Assembly (NCBI GenBank): GCA_963799845.1
Contig: CAWCYI010000008.1
Span: 23,490-87,489, forward strand
DNA from: an uncultured Nitrososphaerota archaeon
GTDB lineage: Archaea > Thermoproteota > Nitrososphaeria > Nitrososphaerales > CADDZS01
Direction: 5' to 3'
DNA length: 64,000 nucleotides
Part shown: piece by piece, positions 9,702 through 18,971 of the stretch
Numbering within the stretch: the first letter of the stretch is position 1
How the letters are laid out: every line of letters begins with the position of its first letter
Translations under genes and position numbers: made by a program
The notes under the pieces: generated by a model
Database searches by the model: none
What the model saw: the letters and a program-made list of their open reading frames with translations, nothing else
What the model was told of the DNA's origin: nothing

Positions 9702-10778
9702 TTGACGCTCGATGGGATTGGTCAAGGGGACACTGAAACTACTAGTATGGGCGATCAGTCTTCCCAAAAATCTCATGGTCGATTGAGAATATTCTATTCC
9801 CTTCCATTTTTTGGTTTAATTCTCTTCATTTTCGTCACGACTTTTCCCCCTTTCGAGGTGACAACCGAAGTCAATTTGGGTGTCCACATGCTTCAGCACG
9901 TGATCATCGCAATTTCTGGGGTCATGATCGGTTATCCCTTGTACAAGAGCGGGAGGATTGATCGGTTCAAAAGTACCAGATTTGGCGTAGCGGGAATACT
10001 TGTCGTTGCCTCTTTGCTAATATTTTGGCACCTCCCTCCTTTTTGGGACGGGGCGGTCGAGAATTTGTACGTCCATGTAGTCGAACATGTTTGCTTTCTT
10101 GTGGTAGGAGTGTTAATTGGAATTTGTATACCTATGATACCTGATAATTTCAAGATGATTGTGCTTGCCCTAACTATTTCAGCACACATGTTTTACGGAT
10201 TCTCACTTTACCTGATCAGCACGCCCGTTTACCCGTTGTATTCGGTCGCTCAACAACAGACCCTAGGAATCGCGCTGTTTGCTCCCGCCCCGGCCTACTT
10301 CGTCGGTTATCTATATCTCACTCTGACCAGGGAGAACCGAAAACTGGAAGCGCTTGAATTCGGTTCGAAAGTTGTTGAACCTCGAGGCAGGTCGCTCCGG
10401 AAGTTGATTATTCCGTCGTTGTCGATTGCAATGATAATCGCCCTCATCGCTTATTTTTCGATAACCGGGCTGATCATAGTGACCGCGCACAATCCTGTGG
10501 GCACAAACATTTCAGTGATCTACATTGAGGAAAGCCCGGTAAACTGGCAGTACTCTCCCCAAGTAATACAAGTTGTTATTGGAGTGAATAACACAGTGGA
10601 ATGGGACAGCCACTCATTTACTTTTGACACTGTAACTAGTAGTACGGGGCTCTTCGGGTCAGGCTCGTTGGCTCCGGGAAGTACCTTTTCGTACACATTC
10701 ACCCAACCCGGAACTTACAATTATTATTGCCAGTACCATCTTTGGATGCACGGTACGATTATCGTGAAGAATTCCTAA
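9702..10778 (+). CDS. DUF1404/CtaG-like copper assembly membrane domain fused to a C-terminal cupredoxin
   Basis: HMLQH, FWHLP, HVVEH motifs; C-terminal YTFTQPGTYNYYCQYHLWMHG. Confidence 0.8.
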   Translation: MTLDGIGQGDTETTSMGDQSSQKSHGRLRIFYSLPFFGLILFIFVTTFPPFEVTTEVNLGVHMLQHVIIAISGVMIGYPLYKSGRIDRFKSTRFGVAGILVVASLLIFWHLPPFWDGAVENLYVHVVEHVCFLVVGVLIGICIPMIPDNFKMIVLALTISAHMFYGFSLYLISTPVYPLYSVAQQQTLGIALFAPAPAYFVGYLYLTLTRENRKLEALEFGSKVVEPRGRSLRKLIIPSLSIAMIIALIAYFSITGLIIVTAHNPVGTNISVIYIEESPVNWQYSPQVIQVVIGVNNTVEWDSHSFTFDTVTSSTGLFGSGSLAPGSTFSYTFTQPGTYNYYCQYHLWMHGTIIVKNS

Positions 10779-10794
10779 AGACTAAAAATAAGTG

Positions 10795-11142
10795 CTATTT
10801 TGAGAATGAGGGGAGAATTTCTTTCCCGACAAATTCCACCTGTTGTATGTCGTAATTGCTGGGAATAAAGACCAGTTCTTGAATTCCTATTTCTTCAAAC
10901 TTCTTCGCTTGGGAAATGCAATCTGCAATCGTCCCCCTAATTGATGAATCAGGGGTGCGTCGAGTGTTCTTTGGAAGGTCCATGTACCGAGCTGTAAAAT
11001 CCCTTGAAGTCTTATCTCCCTCGTCTAACGAGTTCGCAATCGCCAGCGGAACAATGCTAACCGCCGCGAGCTTTTGAACTTCCCTTCGACTTTCCCAGAC
11101 TTTTTGACTAATAAAGTGAAAAGTGGCTATTGCAGACCCCAA
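10795..11142 (-). pseudogene. C-terminal fragment of an LLM-class (luciferase-like) oxidoreductase
   Basis: IRGTIADCISQAKKFEEIGIQELVF...VGKEILPSF is the typical LLM C-terminus; N-terminal two-thirds absent. Confidence 0.6.
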
Positions 11143-11582
11143 GTGATTACCTTCTCGATTGAAATTCGTATTATTGGCAATTCACCGGGCATCCAGCTTT
11201 TCTCGGCTTTGTAATCCGGATACTTATTTCGGAGCAAGCGATACATGTTCAGATAAGTCCTTCCTTCGAAGAAAATAGATGCTCGCCCGTTGACTATTAC
11301 AGCCTTTTCACTGGTATGATCAGTCCGTTTTCCGTGAAACCAGTCCGCGTCGAATTCATCAACAACCAGACTTACGCTATTGTTATTCAAAATGTCCTTG
11401 AACTTCAGGGTGGTTTTTTCTGTAGCGAAAAAAACCGATGCCCCATTGCACGCAAAATAAATTGGGGAAACGTGGGGAATAGCTTCAGACGAACACGTCG
11501 CTATCCTCGCGATATAATTCATTGAAAGGAACTTTAGAGCATTAGACGGAATCCTACTTGGAAAAGTAGCGTCACGTGACAT
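11127..11582 (-). CDS. Pyridoxamine 5'-phosphate oxidase-like (PPOX class) protein
   Basis: ARIATC...PHVSPIYF, KFKDILNNNSVSLVVD, VIVNGRA, KY. Confidence 0.8.
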   Translation of the reverse strand: MSRDATFPSRIPSNALKFLSMNYIARIATCSSEAIPHVSPIYFACNGASVFFATEKTTLKFKDILNNNSVSLVVDEFDADWFHGKRTDHTSEKAVIVNGRASIFFEGRTYLNMYRLLRNKYPDYKAEKSWMPGELPIIRISIEKVITWGLQ

Positions 11583-11682
11583 AATAACTGATTACTTACC
11601 TTCCTGACCCGCTGACACAAGATTCGAATTGTAAAAGACTGGCGTAATCGCGAATTGATCCTTCATTTTGACTGGCGATCTT

Positions 11683-12381
11683 TTATCGTTGCAACTTCGA
11701 CGGCGAGCCAGTCAAACTCGAACCGGCATTTTTTTTCTGCGATTTGAAATACATACATTTTCTAGACAGAACGCATCTGAAGCATTCTGGATTTCTTGCA
11801 AAGCACACTGAGCGCCCGTGCAAAATCAGGAGAATAGTGAGTCGTGGCCATTCACTTTTTGGAGTAATCTTCATCAGATCTTGTTCTATTTTTTCTGGCG
11901 TGTTTTCCGCCGTCAGACCAATTCGCCTTGACAACCTGGAGACATGAGTGTCAACCGCAATTCCTTCGATCTTGTCGAACCCTGCGCTCAAGACAACGTT
12001 TGCAGTCTTTCTTCCGACGCCAGGTAGAGTTAGTAGTTCCTCCATGCTTTCTGGAATCTTCCCGCCGAACTTGTCTGTCAGTGTCTTCGAAATCTCCTTG
12101 ATCCTTCTCGCTTTAACGTGGAAGAAGCCTGTCGATTTTACAATCCTCTCCAATGTCCGAATAGGGGCCCTCGACATCGAATCGGGTGTCGGATATTCTC
12201 CGAATAACACCGGAGTCACTTTATTCACCTGTGCGTCAGTGGATTGAGCGGACAGCACGGTTGCGATCAGAAGTTGAAATGCGTCATGATGGCGGAGTGG
12301 AGTTCTGATCTTGGGGTACAGAGGATCTAGTTCTTGAATCACCTCTGCCCCGCTCATAGCTGGAATTGAGAAATCAACCAT
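11683..12381 (-). CDS. nth: Endonuclease III
   Basis: LLIATVLSAQSTD, HhH LPGVGRKTA, VDTH, C-x6-C-x2-C-x5-C Fe-S motif. Confidence 0.95.
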   Translation of the reverse strand: MVDFSIPAMSGAEVIQELDPLYPKIRTPLRHHDAFQLLIATVLSAQSTDAQVNKVTPVLFGEYPTPDSMSRAPIRTLERIVKSTGFFHVKARRIKEISKTLTDKFGGKIPESMEELLTLPGVGRKTANVVLSAGFDKIEGIAVDTHVSRLSRRIGLTAENTPEKIEQDLMKITPKSEWPRLTILLILHGRSVCFARNPECFRCVLSRKCMYFKSQKKNAGSSLTGSPSKLQR

Positions 12382-12462
12382 CCATGTTGGTATACCCCTT
12401 TTTCCCTAAAAGCCTTATTTGCCTGGCCGGATAATAGAGATGGTTTAAGGCGATATTTTCTC

Positions 12463-13521
12463 TTGAAGGAAGCTGAGCTCTATCATCCCCTAGCGGGAGG
12501 AAAAGTAAAATGCACCGCGTGCGCGAGATACTGCCAGCTCGGCGAAGGTCAGATCGGGCTATGCGGGATAAGACAGAATCTTGATGGAAAACTCCAGCTA
12601 CTCGCGTATGGTAAGTTGTTCACCGGGCATATTGACCCAATCGAAAAAAAGCCCGTGACTCACTATAGGCCTGGCACTAAGATCTTTTCGGTCGCGACGA
12701 GCGGCTGTAATTGGCTCTGCCGCTACTGTCAGAATTACGAGATCTCGCAGAGACGAAAGATCGAGGGAATGGATATCGAACCATCGGAAGTCTCTAAGCT
12801 TGCCGTAGCTCAGGAGTGCCAGGGCATTGCCTACACTTACAACGAACCCACGATTTTTGCTGAATATGCAAGGGACATAGGTCTCGCTGCGCACGAGCGG
12901 GGGCTGTTCAATATTTTTGTATCGAACGGTTTTGCGACTCCAGAAACTGTGACTGTATTGAGTCAATTCTTGGATTGCATAACTGTAGATTTCAAGGGCA
13001 GCGGAGAAACAAACTTCGTTAGAAAATACATTGGAATACCTAGCTCCGGGCCAATTTTTGAAACCCTCACCGAGATCAAAAACAGAACAAAAATTCATGT
13101 CGAGATAACTGACCTCATTGTCCCCGGCGTTGGGGATAATCTTGAGCAGGCTCGGAAATTGGCGAAGTGGGTCTATGATAATCTCGGACCGATGACCCCA
13201 ATCCATTTTCTGCGTTTTCATCCCGATTACAAGATGATGGAATTTCCGGTTACTCCGATCAAAACGCTGGAGGCACATCATAGGATTGCGAAAGAAGTGG
13301 GGCTTGAATACGTGTATCTGGGTAATGTTCCGGGGCATCATCTGGAACACACGTATTGTCACGGTTGCAAGAAAATAGTGGTTAGGCGGTACGGTTTCGA
13401 TATCACGGGTTGGTACCTCGATGACGAAAACAGGTGCAAATTTTGTGGAACGCAAATTCCCATAGAAGGCAAGTTATCTGCATTTGTTTCTGAACCCCGA
13501 TACATGCCGGCCTATTTCTGA
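12463..13521 (+). CDS. amrS: AmmeMemoRadiSam system radical SAM enzyme
   Basis: DPIEKKP, GCNWLCRYCQN, AYTYNEPT, HFLRFHPDY, YVYLGNV. Confidence 0.92.
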   Translation: MKEAELYHPLAGGKVKCTACARYCQLGEGQIGLCGIRQNLDGKLQLLAYGKLFTGHIDPIEKKPVTHYRPGTKIFSVATSGCNWLCRYCQNYEISQRRKIEGMDIEPSEVSKLAVAQECQGIAYTYNEPTIFAEYARDIGLAAHERGLFNIFVSNGFATPETVTVLSQFLDCITVDFKGSGETNFVRKYIGIPSSGPIFETLTEIKNRTKIHVEITDLIVPGVGDNLEQARKLAKWVYDNLGPMTPIHFLRFHPDYKMMEFPVTPIKTLEAHHRIAKEVGLEYVYLGNVPGHHLEHTYCHGCKKIVVRRYGFDITGWYLDDENRCKFCGTQIPIEGKLSAFVSEPRYMPAYF

Positions 13522-13542
13522 TCACGGGTCGACCAAAATTCG

Positions 13543-14316
13543 TTGATGAAAATCCAACTTGTCGAAATTGATCAACCCGAGCTTCGAAGACCCATCATGA
13601 TTTCCGGTCTACCGGGATCTGCATTTGTCGGAAAGTTTGCAATCGATCACGTCGTCGCCGATCTGTCGGCGAAACCACTTGCTGAATTATACACCGATGC
13701 TTTCCCACCGCAGATTCTGATCAAGGAAGACGGTTCAGCATCACTACTCAGAAACGATCTCTACTATTCGAAAAGTAGTGATGGAGAACATGATGCGATT
13801 TTCTTCACCGGAGACGCCCAGCCCTCCTCTTCCGAATCTGAGTACTCTCTATCAGAATATCTGATCGAATTTGCAAGACGCAAGTACAAGGTCCGGCTCC
13901 TCGTAACTCTTGGGGCATACGTGACGGGGACTTTCTCCCGCGATCCCAAAGTGTACGCGACAGGAACGCGATTGGAGCTGACAAAAAGACTTGAAGCTGC
14001 TGGATGCGTCATCATGCGAGAGGGGGCGATAACTGGAATGAACGGCCTTTTGCTCGGAATGGCGAGGCTGAAGGGGCTGGAAGGCTACTCGCTTCTGGGG
14101 GAAACGACAGATTATTCATTTGATCCGCGGGCGTCTGAAATCGTTTTGGAAGCTCTGTCAAAAATTACTGGCATCAAAGTTGACTTGAAGACACTCCGCC
14201 AAAAAGGAAAGGATGCTCTTGAGACTTTGAGAAAGATTGAGCAGCTAAATGACGAACAAAGATTGGAAGGAACAGATGACCAAAGTTCTAGGAAGAAGTT
14301 AGATTACATCAGCTAG
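13543..14316 (+). CDS. PAC2 family proteasome assembly chaperone
   Basis: GLPGSAFVGK, FPPQ, GDAQP, ITGMNGLLL, LLGET, DPRAS; C-terminal DYIS. Confidence 0.9.
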   Translation: MMKIQLVEIDQPELRRPIMISGLPGSAFVGKFAIDHVVADLSAKPLAELYTDAFPPQILIKEDGSASLLRNDLYYSKSSDGEHDAIFFTGDAQPSSSESEYSLSEYLIEFARRKYKVRLLVTLGAYVTGTFSRDPKVYATGTRLELTKRLEAAGCVIMREGAITGMNGLLLGMARLKGLEGYSLLGETTDYSFDPRASEIVLEALSKITGIKVDLKTLRQKGKDALETLRKIEQLNDEQRLEGTDDQSSRKKLDYIS

Positions 14317-15410
14317 TGCCGTGTCCATAAAGGTCGTCTGTGTTTTCTGCGACCATCTCTCCTCTGAGTGTCTCTGAACATTTTGCCTCTTGCCTTCCTT
14401 TCCGAGTTTCTGTAGCTCACCGCATCAAGGAATGCTCTTCTAACTTCATCCCAGCTCCTGTAATCTGTTCCGCTCATTGCAAGCTTCTGGATATCGCCAG
14501 TGTGGCACTCGACAGGATTCATCCAGCTTGCATTCGTGGCAGTGGGAACGAGTGCTGTATTGGTGGAATGAGCCCATCTTCGAATGTCAGCAGTCCAGTG
14601 AGCTGGGAGACCGTCCTGTATCATGTACACCCTTTCGTCAACAGGATAATTCGATCTTTGATTCTTCAGAAACTCTAGCCATGGCTCTCCTCCCTTGTGA
14701 TCATACTGCTTGATAGCGAGCTGTTGGTGGTAGACGTTGAGGCAAACGTACTCGAATCTCACACCTCCAAACTTGTTGTATGTTGCAGGAATCCTTTTCG
14801 GATTTGTCTCCTCAAACCATCCTCTTCCTCCGTGAGGAACGAGATTGAATGGACCCATCTCATCCAGGCTAAGTACCACGGGAGGATTCGATTTCTTTCG
14901 CGTCAATCGCTCTATGCGAATTTTCTTTTTCTCAAATTCAGGATCTTTTGATTCCTTCCACGTCTTCACGCTCTGAAATGATATTTCTGACTCATCCAGT
15001 ATTATTCGAAGCCACTCCTTGCTAATCGAATCGACAATTCCTCTCTTCTCAGCTTCACTTTTCAGACGACGCAAGCTCCACTGCTGGAAAGGTAATCCGA
15101 GATTCTTCGGTTGGCTTGTTGCAAGAGAGACGAGCTTTGTCTTCTGTTCAGGAGTGAATTTCCTGTTTCCTCCAGGCTTCCAATGAGGCTTGAGCATCTC
15201 CAGCCCTTCCTCGTTGAAAGATTTGATCAACGACCTAACATAATCCTGACTCATCATCACAATCTCTCCTATCTTTGGAGGAGTGAATCCCTGAGCGCTA
15301 GAAAGTACGACCTGAGCTCTTCTCATCTCTATTGGATCCTTGCCATAACGTCCTATCTGTCTGAGCTTGTTCCCCTCCTCATTCGTTATGCTGCGAACAT
15401 GGACTACCAT
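14313..15410 (-). CDS. IS630 transposase (HTH + DDE)
   Basis: RRAQVVL HTH, WSLRRL, LSLDEM, IQDGLPAH, ASWMNPVE; single frame. Confidence 0.92.
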   Translation of the reverse strand: MVVHVRSITNEEGNKLRQIGRYGKDPIEMRRAQVVLSSAQGFTPPKIGEIVMMSQDYVRSLIKSFNEEGLEMLKPHWKPGGNRKFTPEQKTKLVSLATSQPKNLGLPFQQWSLRRLKSEAEKRGIVDSISKEWLRIILDESEISFQSVKTWKESKDPEFEKKKIRIERLTRKKSNPPVVLSLDEMGPFNLVPHGGRGWFEETNPKRIPATYNKFGGVRFEYVCLNVYHQQLAIKQYDHKGGEPWLEFLKNQRSNYPVDERVYMIQDGLPAHWTADIRRWAHSTNTALVPTATNASWMNPVECHTGDIQKLAMSGTDYRSWDEVRRAFLDAVSYRNSERKARGKMFRDTQRRDGRRKHRRPLWTRH

Positions 15411-15483
15411 GTTGCAGGACGAGCACAAGGCGTGGCCTTAAAGCTTCATATAAAAATTAGAACAACCTATCTGGCCACGGCAC
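14316..15483 (-). mobile_element. IS630-family insertion sequence, apparently intact, with TA duplication
   Basis: Terminal IRs GTGCCGTGTCCATAAAGGTCGT versus revcomp GTGCCGTGGCCAGATAGGTTGT (18/22); TA at 14314-15 and 15484-85. Confidence 0.92.
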
Positions 15484-16247
15484 TAGCTTTCCGGATAGGG
15501 AGGATGGATCCGCTCGCCGGTCTCCGCGTCTTCTATGATGATAGCTCCCGTAGGACACATTTCCGCCGCTTGAATGATGGAGTCGTTGTCTGCGCCATAT
15601 GGATCAACTATGTACGCGAGCGGCGCGAAAATCGTCGGAGTTTCTTGTCTTTTCAGCTGAAAGACATTCGGAGCAAGTCCGACGCAAACGCCGTTTGCTA
15701 CACAAATGTCCTCGTCGATTCTGATCGCAATTGGTCGCTCGTGCTTTGGTTTCGGCTTGAACGGAGCCAATCGGTTTCCGCCGTAGATGCCCAGTACTCC
15801 GACAACCATCAGACCAAAACCGTATTCTCGTGCCGGGATGCTGTAGACTATTTTGGTACCGAGAAACTGATAGGCGTAGCAGTACCATCCGTTTGTGCTC
15901 GGCGAGCAAACCGTATGGTCCACCGAGCCAGTGCCGTTGTAATGTATTTGGAAGTATTGTTCAGGATTAAGAATAAAATTTCCTGCAGAATCAGTTATAG
16001 GGAGTGGGCCACTCCCTATCTGCAAATAGTTTGGTTCGTTTAAGGGAATCAAGCCATACACAGTGAGAACTATTCCAAAAACTAGGAAAGCCAGACCCAA
16101 GATTACGAGAGGATCCTTGCGGAAAAACTTGAACCCGTTTTTCTCATCGTGAAAATCATTTCCATTTTCTGTCAATCGAAACGGTTCAATGAAAATCCCA
16201 CCGAAATAAGTTATAACTATTACCCGAGTTTTGCACAGCGCAACCAA
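15483..16247 (-). CDS. Two-TM membrane protein with C-terminal single-cluster ferredoxin (start probably TTG ~16175)
   Basis: Two TMs, then IDEDICVANGVCVGLAPNVF...AAEMCPTGAI. Confidence 0.8.
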   Translation of the reverse strand: MVALCKTRVIVITYFGGIFIEPFRLTENGNDFHDEKNGFKFFRKDPLVILGLAFLVFGIVLTVYGLIPLNEPNYLQIGSGPLPITDSAGNFILNPEQYFQIHYNGTGSVDHTVCSPSTNGWYCYAYQFLGTKIVYSIPAREYGFGLMVVGVLGIYGGNRLAPFKPKPKHERPIAIRIDEDICVANGVCVGLAPNVFQLKRQETPTIFAPLAYIVDPYGADNDSIIQAAEMCPTGAIIIEDAETGERIHPPYPES

Positions 16248-16288
16248 ATTCCTTTTTTAGACAAAATATCGTATAACCGAAAATCCGC

Positions 16289-16816
16289 TTGAACAGTTCC
16301 GGCAAGAAAAGAAAATACAAGATAGGCCTCCAAGTAAAAATTGCGAAAAATGTTTCGAGTGGAACTTATCGCTTTCGTGATATTTTCAAAGGTTTCGAGG
16401 ATCTTCCTGTAGTGAAAAATATTTTCGGCCGAAACGTTCTCCGTGATCTTGACGAACTCACTGTGGAGGTTTTTCCGAAAGATGGTTTTATGGGCGTTTC
16501 CGACGAAGACGGTCACATTTTTGCCAGCCAGTATTACCTGAAAGATGGTGATGAGTGGTCGGTCTATTTGGACATTATACATGAATTGGTTCATGTCAGA
16601 CAATTCAAGCATGGAAAAAATCTCTTCGATTCTCAGTTCTCCTACGTCGATCGGCCCACCGAGATAGAAGCGTACTCCCTCGGGGTTGAAGAAGCGCGGA
16701 GGATCGGAATGACGGAAGAGGAGATCTTCGATTATCTCGAAGTTCCGTGGATCTCAGAGAAGGAGCATCACAGGCTGGCAAAATCAGCGGGAGTGAAGCT
16801 CGACACTCAAAATTAA
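16289..16816 (+). CDS. HEXXH zincin-like hypothetical protein
   Basis: IIHELVHVRQ...PTEIEAY. Confidence 0.7.
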   Translation: MNSSGKKRKYKIGLQVKIAKNVSSGTYRFRDIFKGFEDLPVVKNIFGRNVLRDLDELTVEVFPKDGFMGVSDEDGHIFASQYYLKDGDEWSVYLDIIHELVHVRQFKHGKNLFDSQFSYVDRPTEIEAYSLGVEEARRIGMTEEEIFDYLEVPWISEKEHHRLAKSAGVKLDTQN

Positions 16817-16983
16817 TGACATCGAAGAATTCTCTAATAAAAATGGAAATTTGTGAAATCCAAATGCAAGACATCTGTCCAAAATGCGGGTCAGATGAAG
16901 TCGACATCATGGTTGATGAATCCGGGAATCAAGGGTATCTGTGCCTTGAGTGCATGAATACCTGGAGCAAGGGCAGTCGCTAG
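16816..16983 (+). CDS. Small zinc-ribbon protein
   Basis: CPKCGS...YLCLECMNTW; start uncertain. Confidence 0.55.
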   Translation: MTSKNSLIKMEICEIQMQDICPKCGSDEVDIMVDESGNQGYLCLECMNTWSKGSR

Positions 16984-17008
16984 TTTTGGAAGAAGGAGCC
17001 ATGCAAGC

Positions 17009-17749
17009 TTGCCATCAGACAATCTTCTGAATGGAAAGGTCGCGCTGGTGACCGGCGCTGCCTCTGGAATCGGGTTATCGGTCGCCAACTTGTTCGAGTC
17101 CCGTGGTGCGAAAGTAGTCCGTGCTGACAAAGCCTTCACCAAAGGGAAATCGTCGACGGATACTGGTATGAGATTTGGTGCAGACCTCCGAATAGAGGCA
17201 GAAGTGCAGGAATTAATTCGCGCAGTCGAAGTCTCTTGCCACGGCCTCCATGTGATTGTGAACTGTGCCGGTATCGAGATAAGAGGAACTGTCATTGACC
17301 TCTCCCAAGAAAGCTACGACCTTGTCATGGACACGAACGTCAAGTCCACTTTTCTCGTCTGCAAGTACGGTATACCACTGCTCTTGAAAACATCACAAAA
17401 GGGCTCTGTGATCAACCTCAGCTCAGATTTGGGACTGCAGCCGATCCCCGGAGTTGATGCCTACTCTGCTTCGAAGGGAGCGATTATAGCCCTGACAAAA
17501 GCAATGTCGAAAAATTGGGCGAAAACTGGTTTAAGGATAAACTGCGTTGCGCCCGGCCCGATCGATACGCCGCTTCTCTACAGATTCCAGGATTCCAAGA
17601 CTCTTGAATTCGTCAAGGAGGTCCTGCTGCCCCAGGGCCGCTTGGGAACAGCGGATGAAGTTGCAAAGGTGGTTGCGTTTTTGGCAAGCGACGATTCCTC
17701 TCTGATTAATGGTGCTGTATTAACTGCCAACGGGGGCCTCGTCGGTTAA
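17009..17749 (+). CDS. SDR family oxidoreductase
   Basis: TGAASGIG, NCAG, YSASK, NCVAPGPIDT. Confidence 0.92.
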   Translation: MPSDNLLNGKVALVTGAASGIGLSVANLFESRGAKVVRADKAFTKGKSSTDTGMRFGADLRIEAEVQELIRAVEVSCHGLHVIVNCAGIEIRGTVIDLSQESYDLVMDTNVKSTFLVCKYGIPLLLKTSQKGSVINLSSDLGLQPIPGVDAYSASKGAIIALTKAMSKNWAKTGLRINCVAPGPIDTPLLYRFQDSKTLEFVKEVLLPQGRLGTADEVAKVVAFLASDDSSLINGAVLTANGGLVG

Positions 17750-17822
17750 TTCAAGCACCTTCCAAAAAGGAATATGCTAGGGCATTGGTCAATTCCAAAA
17801 AACATCGAGATCGGGCGTCACA

Positions 17823-18293
17823 TTAATTCTCTAATGCGTTTCTTATTCGTATCGCAGTTTCCTGGAGTTGTTCCGTTGAGAATTTCTTTCTGTCCATCCA
17901 CTGTCCTTTGTCCGAGAGCCTTACTGGAATTATATGAACGTGGACGTGCGCGACCATCTGATTTGCGGCTTCTCCGTTGTTCTGAACGAAGCGGAACCCA
18001 TCTGATGCAGTTGCCTTCATAATTGCCTTTGAGATCCTGGCCGAAAGCGCAAAAAGCCCCCCGATTTCAGGCTCAGTCATGTCCCAAACTGTTTCTCCGT
18101 GTTTTTTGGGACAGACCAGCGTGTGTCCCTCGTTAAACGGCGCTCGGTCCATGAAGGCTATGTAGTTCTCGCTCTCATACACTATGGCTGCCGGAAGCTT
18201 TCGCGCAATTATCCTGCAGAAGACGCACTCTTCGGGGGGCACGCTCGCGGAATTCCGAATCCTTAGTTCAGTCTGGCTCATCAGCAATATCAC
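17823..18293 (-). CDS. HIT family hydrolase
   Basis: CVFCRI, GHTLV, HVHVHIIP. Confidence 0.92.
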   Translation of the reverse strand: MILLMSQTELRIRNSASVPPEECVFCRIIARKLPAAIVYESENYIAFMDRAPFNEGHTLVCPKKHGETVWDMTEPEIGGLFALSARISKAIMKATASDGFRFVQNNGEAANQMVAHVHVHIIPVRLSDKGQWMDRKKFSTEQLQETAIRIRNALEN

Positions 18294-18296
18294 GGA

Positions 18297-18971
18297 CTAG
18301 GAAATCGAAATCGTGCCATTCAGGCTTACTACTTGTTCGGTTCCTGGAAGATAACCTATGTAGTTTACGTCGACGGTTGAAACTATCATACGAACTGAGA
18401 GCATATGCGTTCCGCCGGTCCGGTTTAGCTCGACTTGAGAAAGTCGTGAGATCACTATTTCGCCGCTGGTCGTTGTCCTCGAACTTATTCCTGAATCTTC
18501 GATCCCATCTATTAGAACGGTAGAGCGAGTCACCTGCAATCCTATCCCTCTCTGAAATCCAGAGGTTATCCTTTGACTCAAAAGTGAAGCAAACACTTGA
18601 ACGATAGTAGGAACTCCCTGAGAAGCCGAATCATTGTAATCCATCCCGAAGAGGAATGCATACGATCCCTCACCGTCGGTGAAATTGACAAGCTGCTTTA
18701 CTTTTGCAAATTGGAATAGAGAATTGGCAATCTGCGAATTACTCTGGACCGAAAGTACCTGAGGCGAAAGAGCAGTCCAGGATCCAATCGAAATAAACAA
18801 GATCAAGATTACTCCAAGGAAGAGGAATTTTTTCAAGTTCCTCGGTGCCGCAGGTTTCACAACATCCAATTCGAAATACTCTGGGTATAAGCTTGATATT
18901 CCAAGAAAACAAGAGACGGTAGACCTTCTTGCATGAAATCGAAAGCAGATCCAGTAGCAGGCAGCTCGCAC
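18297..18971 (-). CDS. Membrane-anchored hypothetical protein (true start probably ~18870)
   Basis: KKFLFLGVILILF TM followed by a beta-rich domain; 5' part overlaps elp3 and is likely overcalled. Confidence 0.6.
   Translation of the reverse strand: MRAACYWICFRFHARRSTVSCFLGISSLYPEYFELDVVKPAAPRNLKKFLFLGVILILFISIGSWTALSPQVLSVQSNSQIANSLFQFAKVKQLVNFTDGEGSYAFLFGMDYNDSASQGVPTIVQVFASLLSQRITSGFQRGIGLQVTRSTVLIDGIEDSGISSRTTTSGEIVISRLSQVELNRTGGTHMLSVRMIVSTVDVNYIGYLPGTEQVVSLNGTISIS

Noticed and set aside
12598-13455. 285-aa antisense ORF (likewise 15111-16043 and 22546-23217)
   Set aside because: Shadows of well-supported genes on the opposite strand, with no motifs
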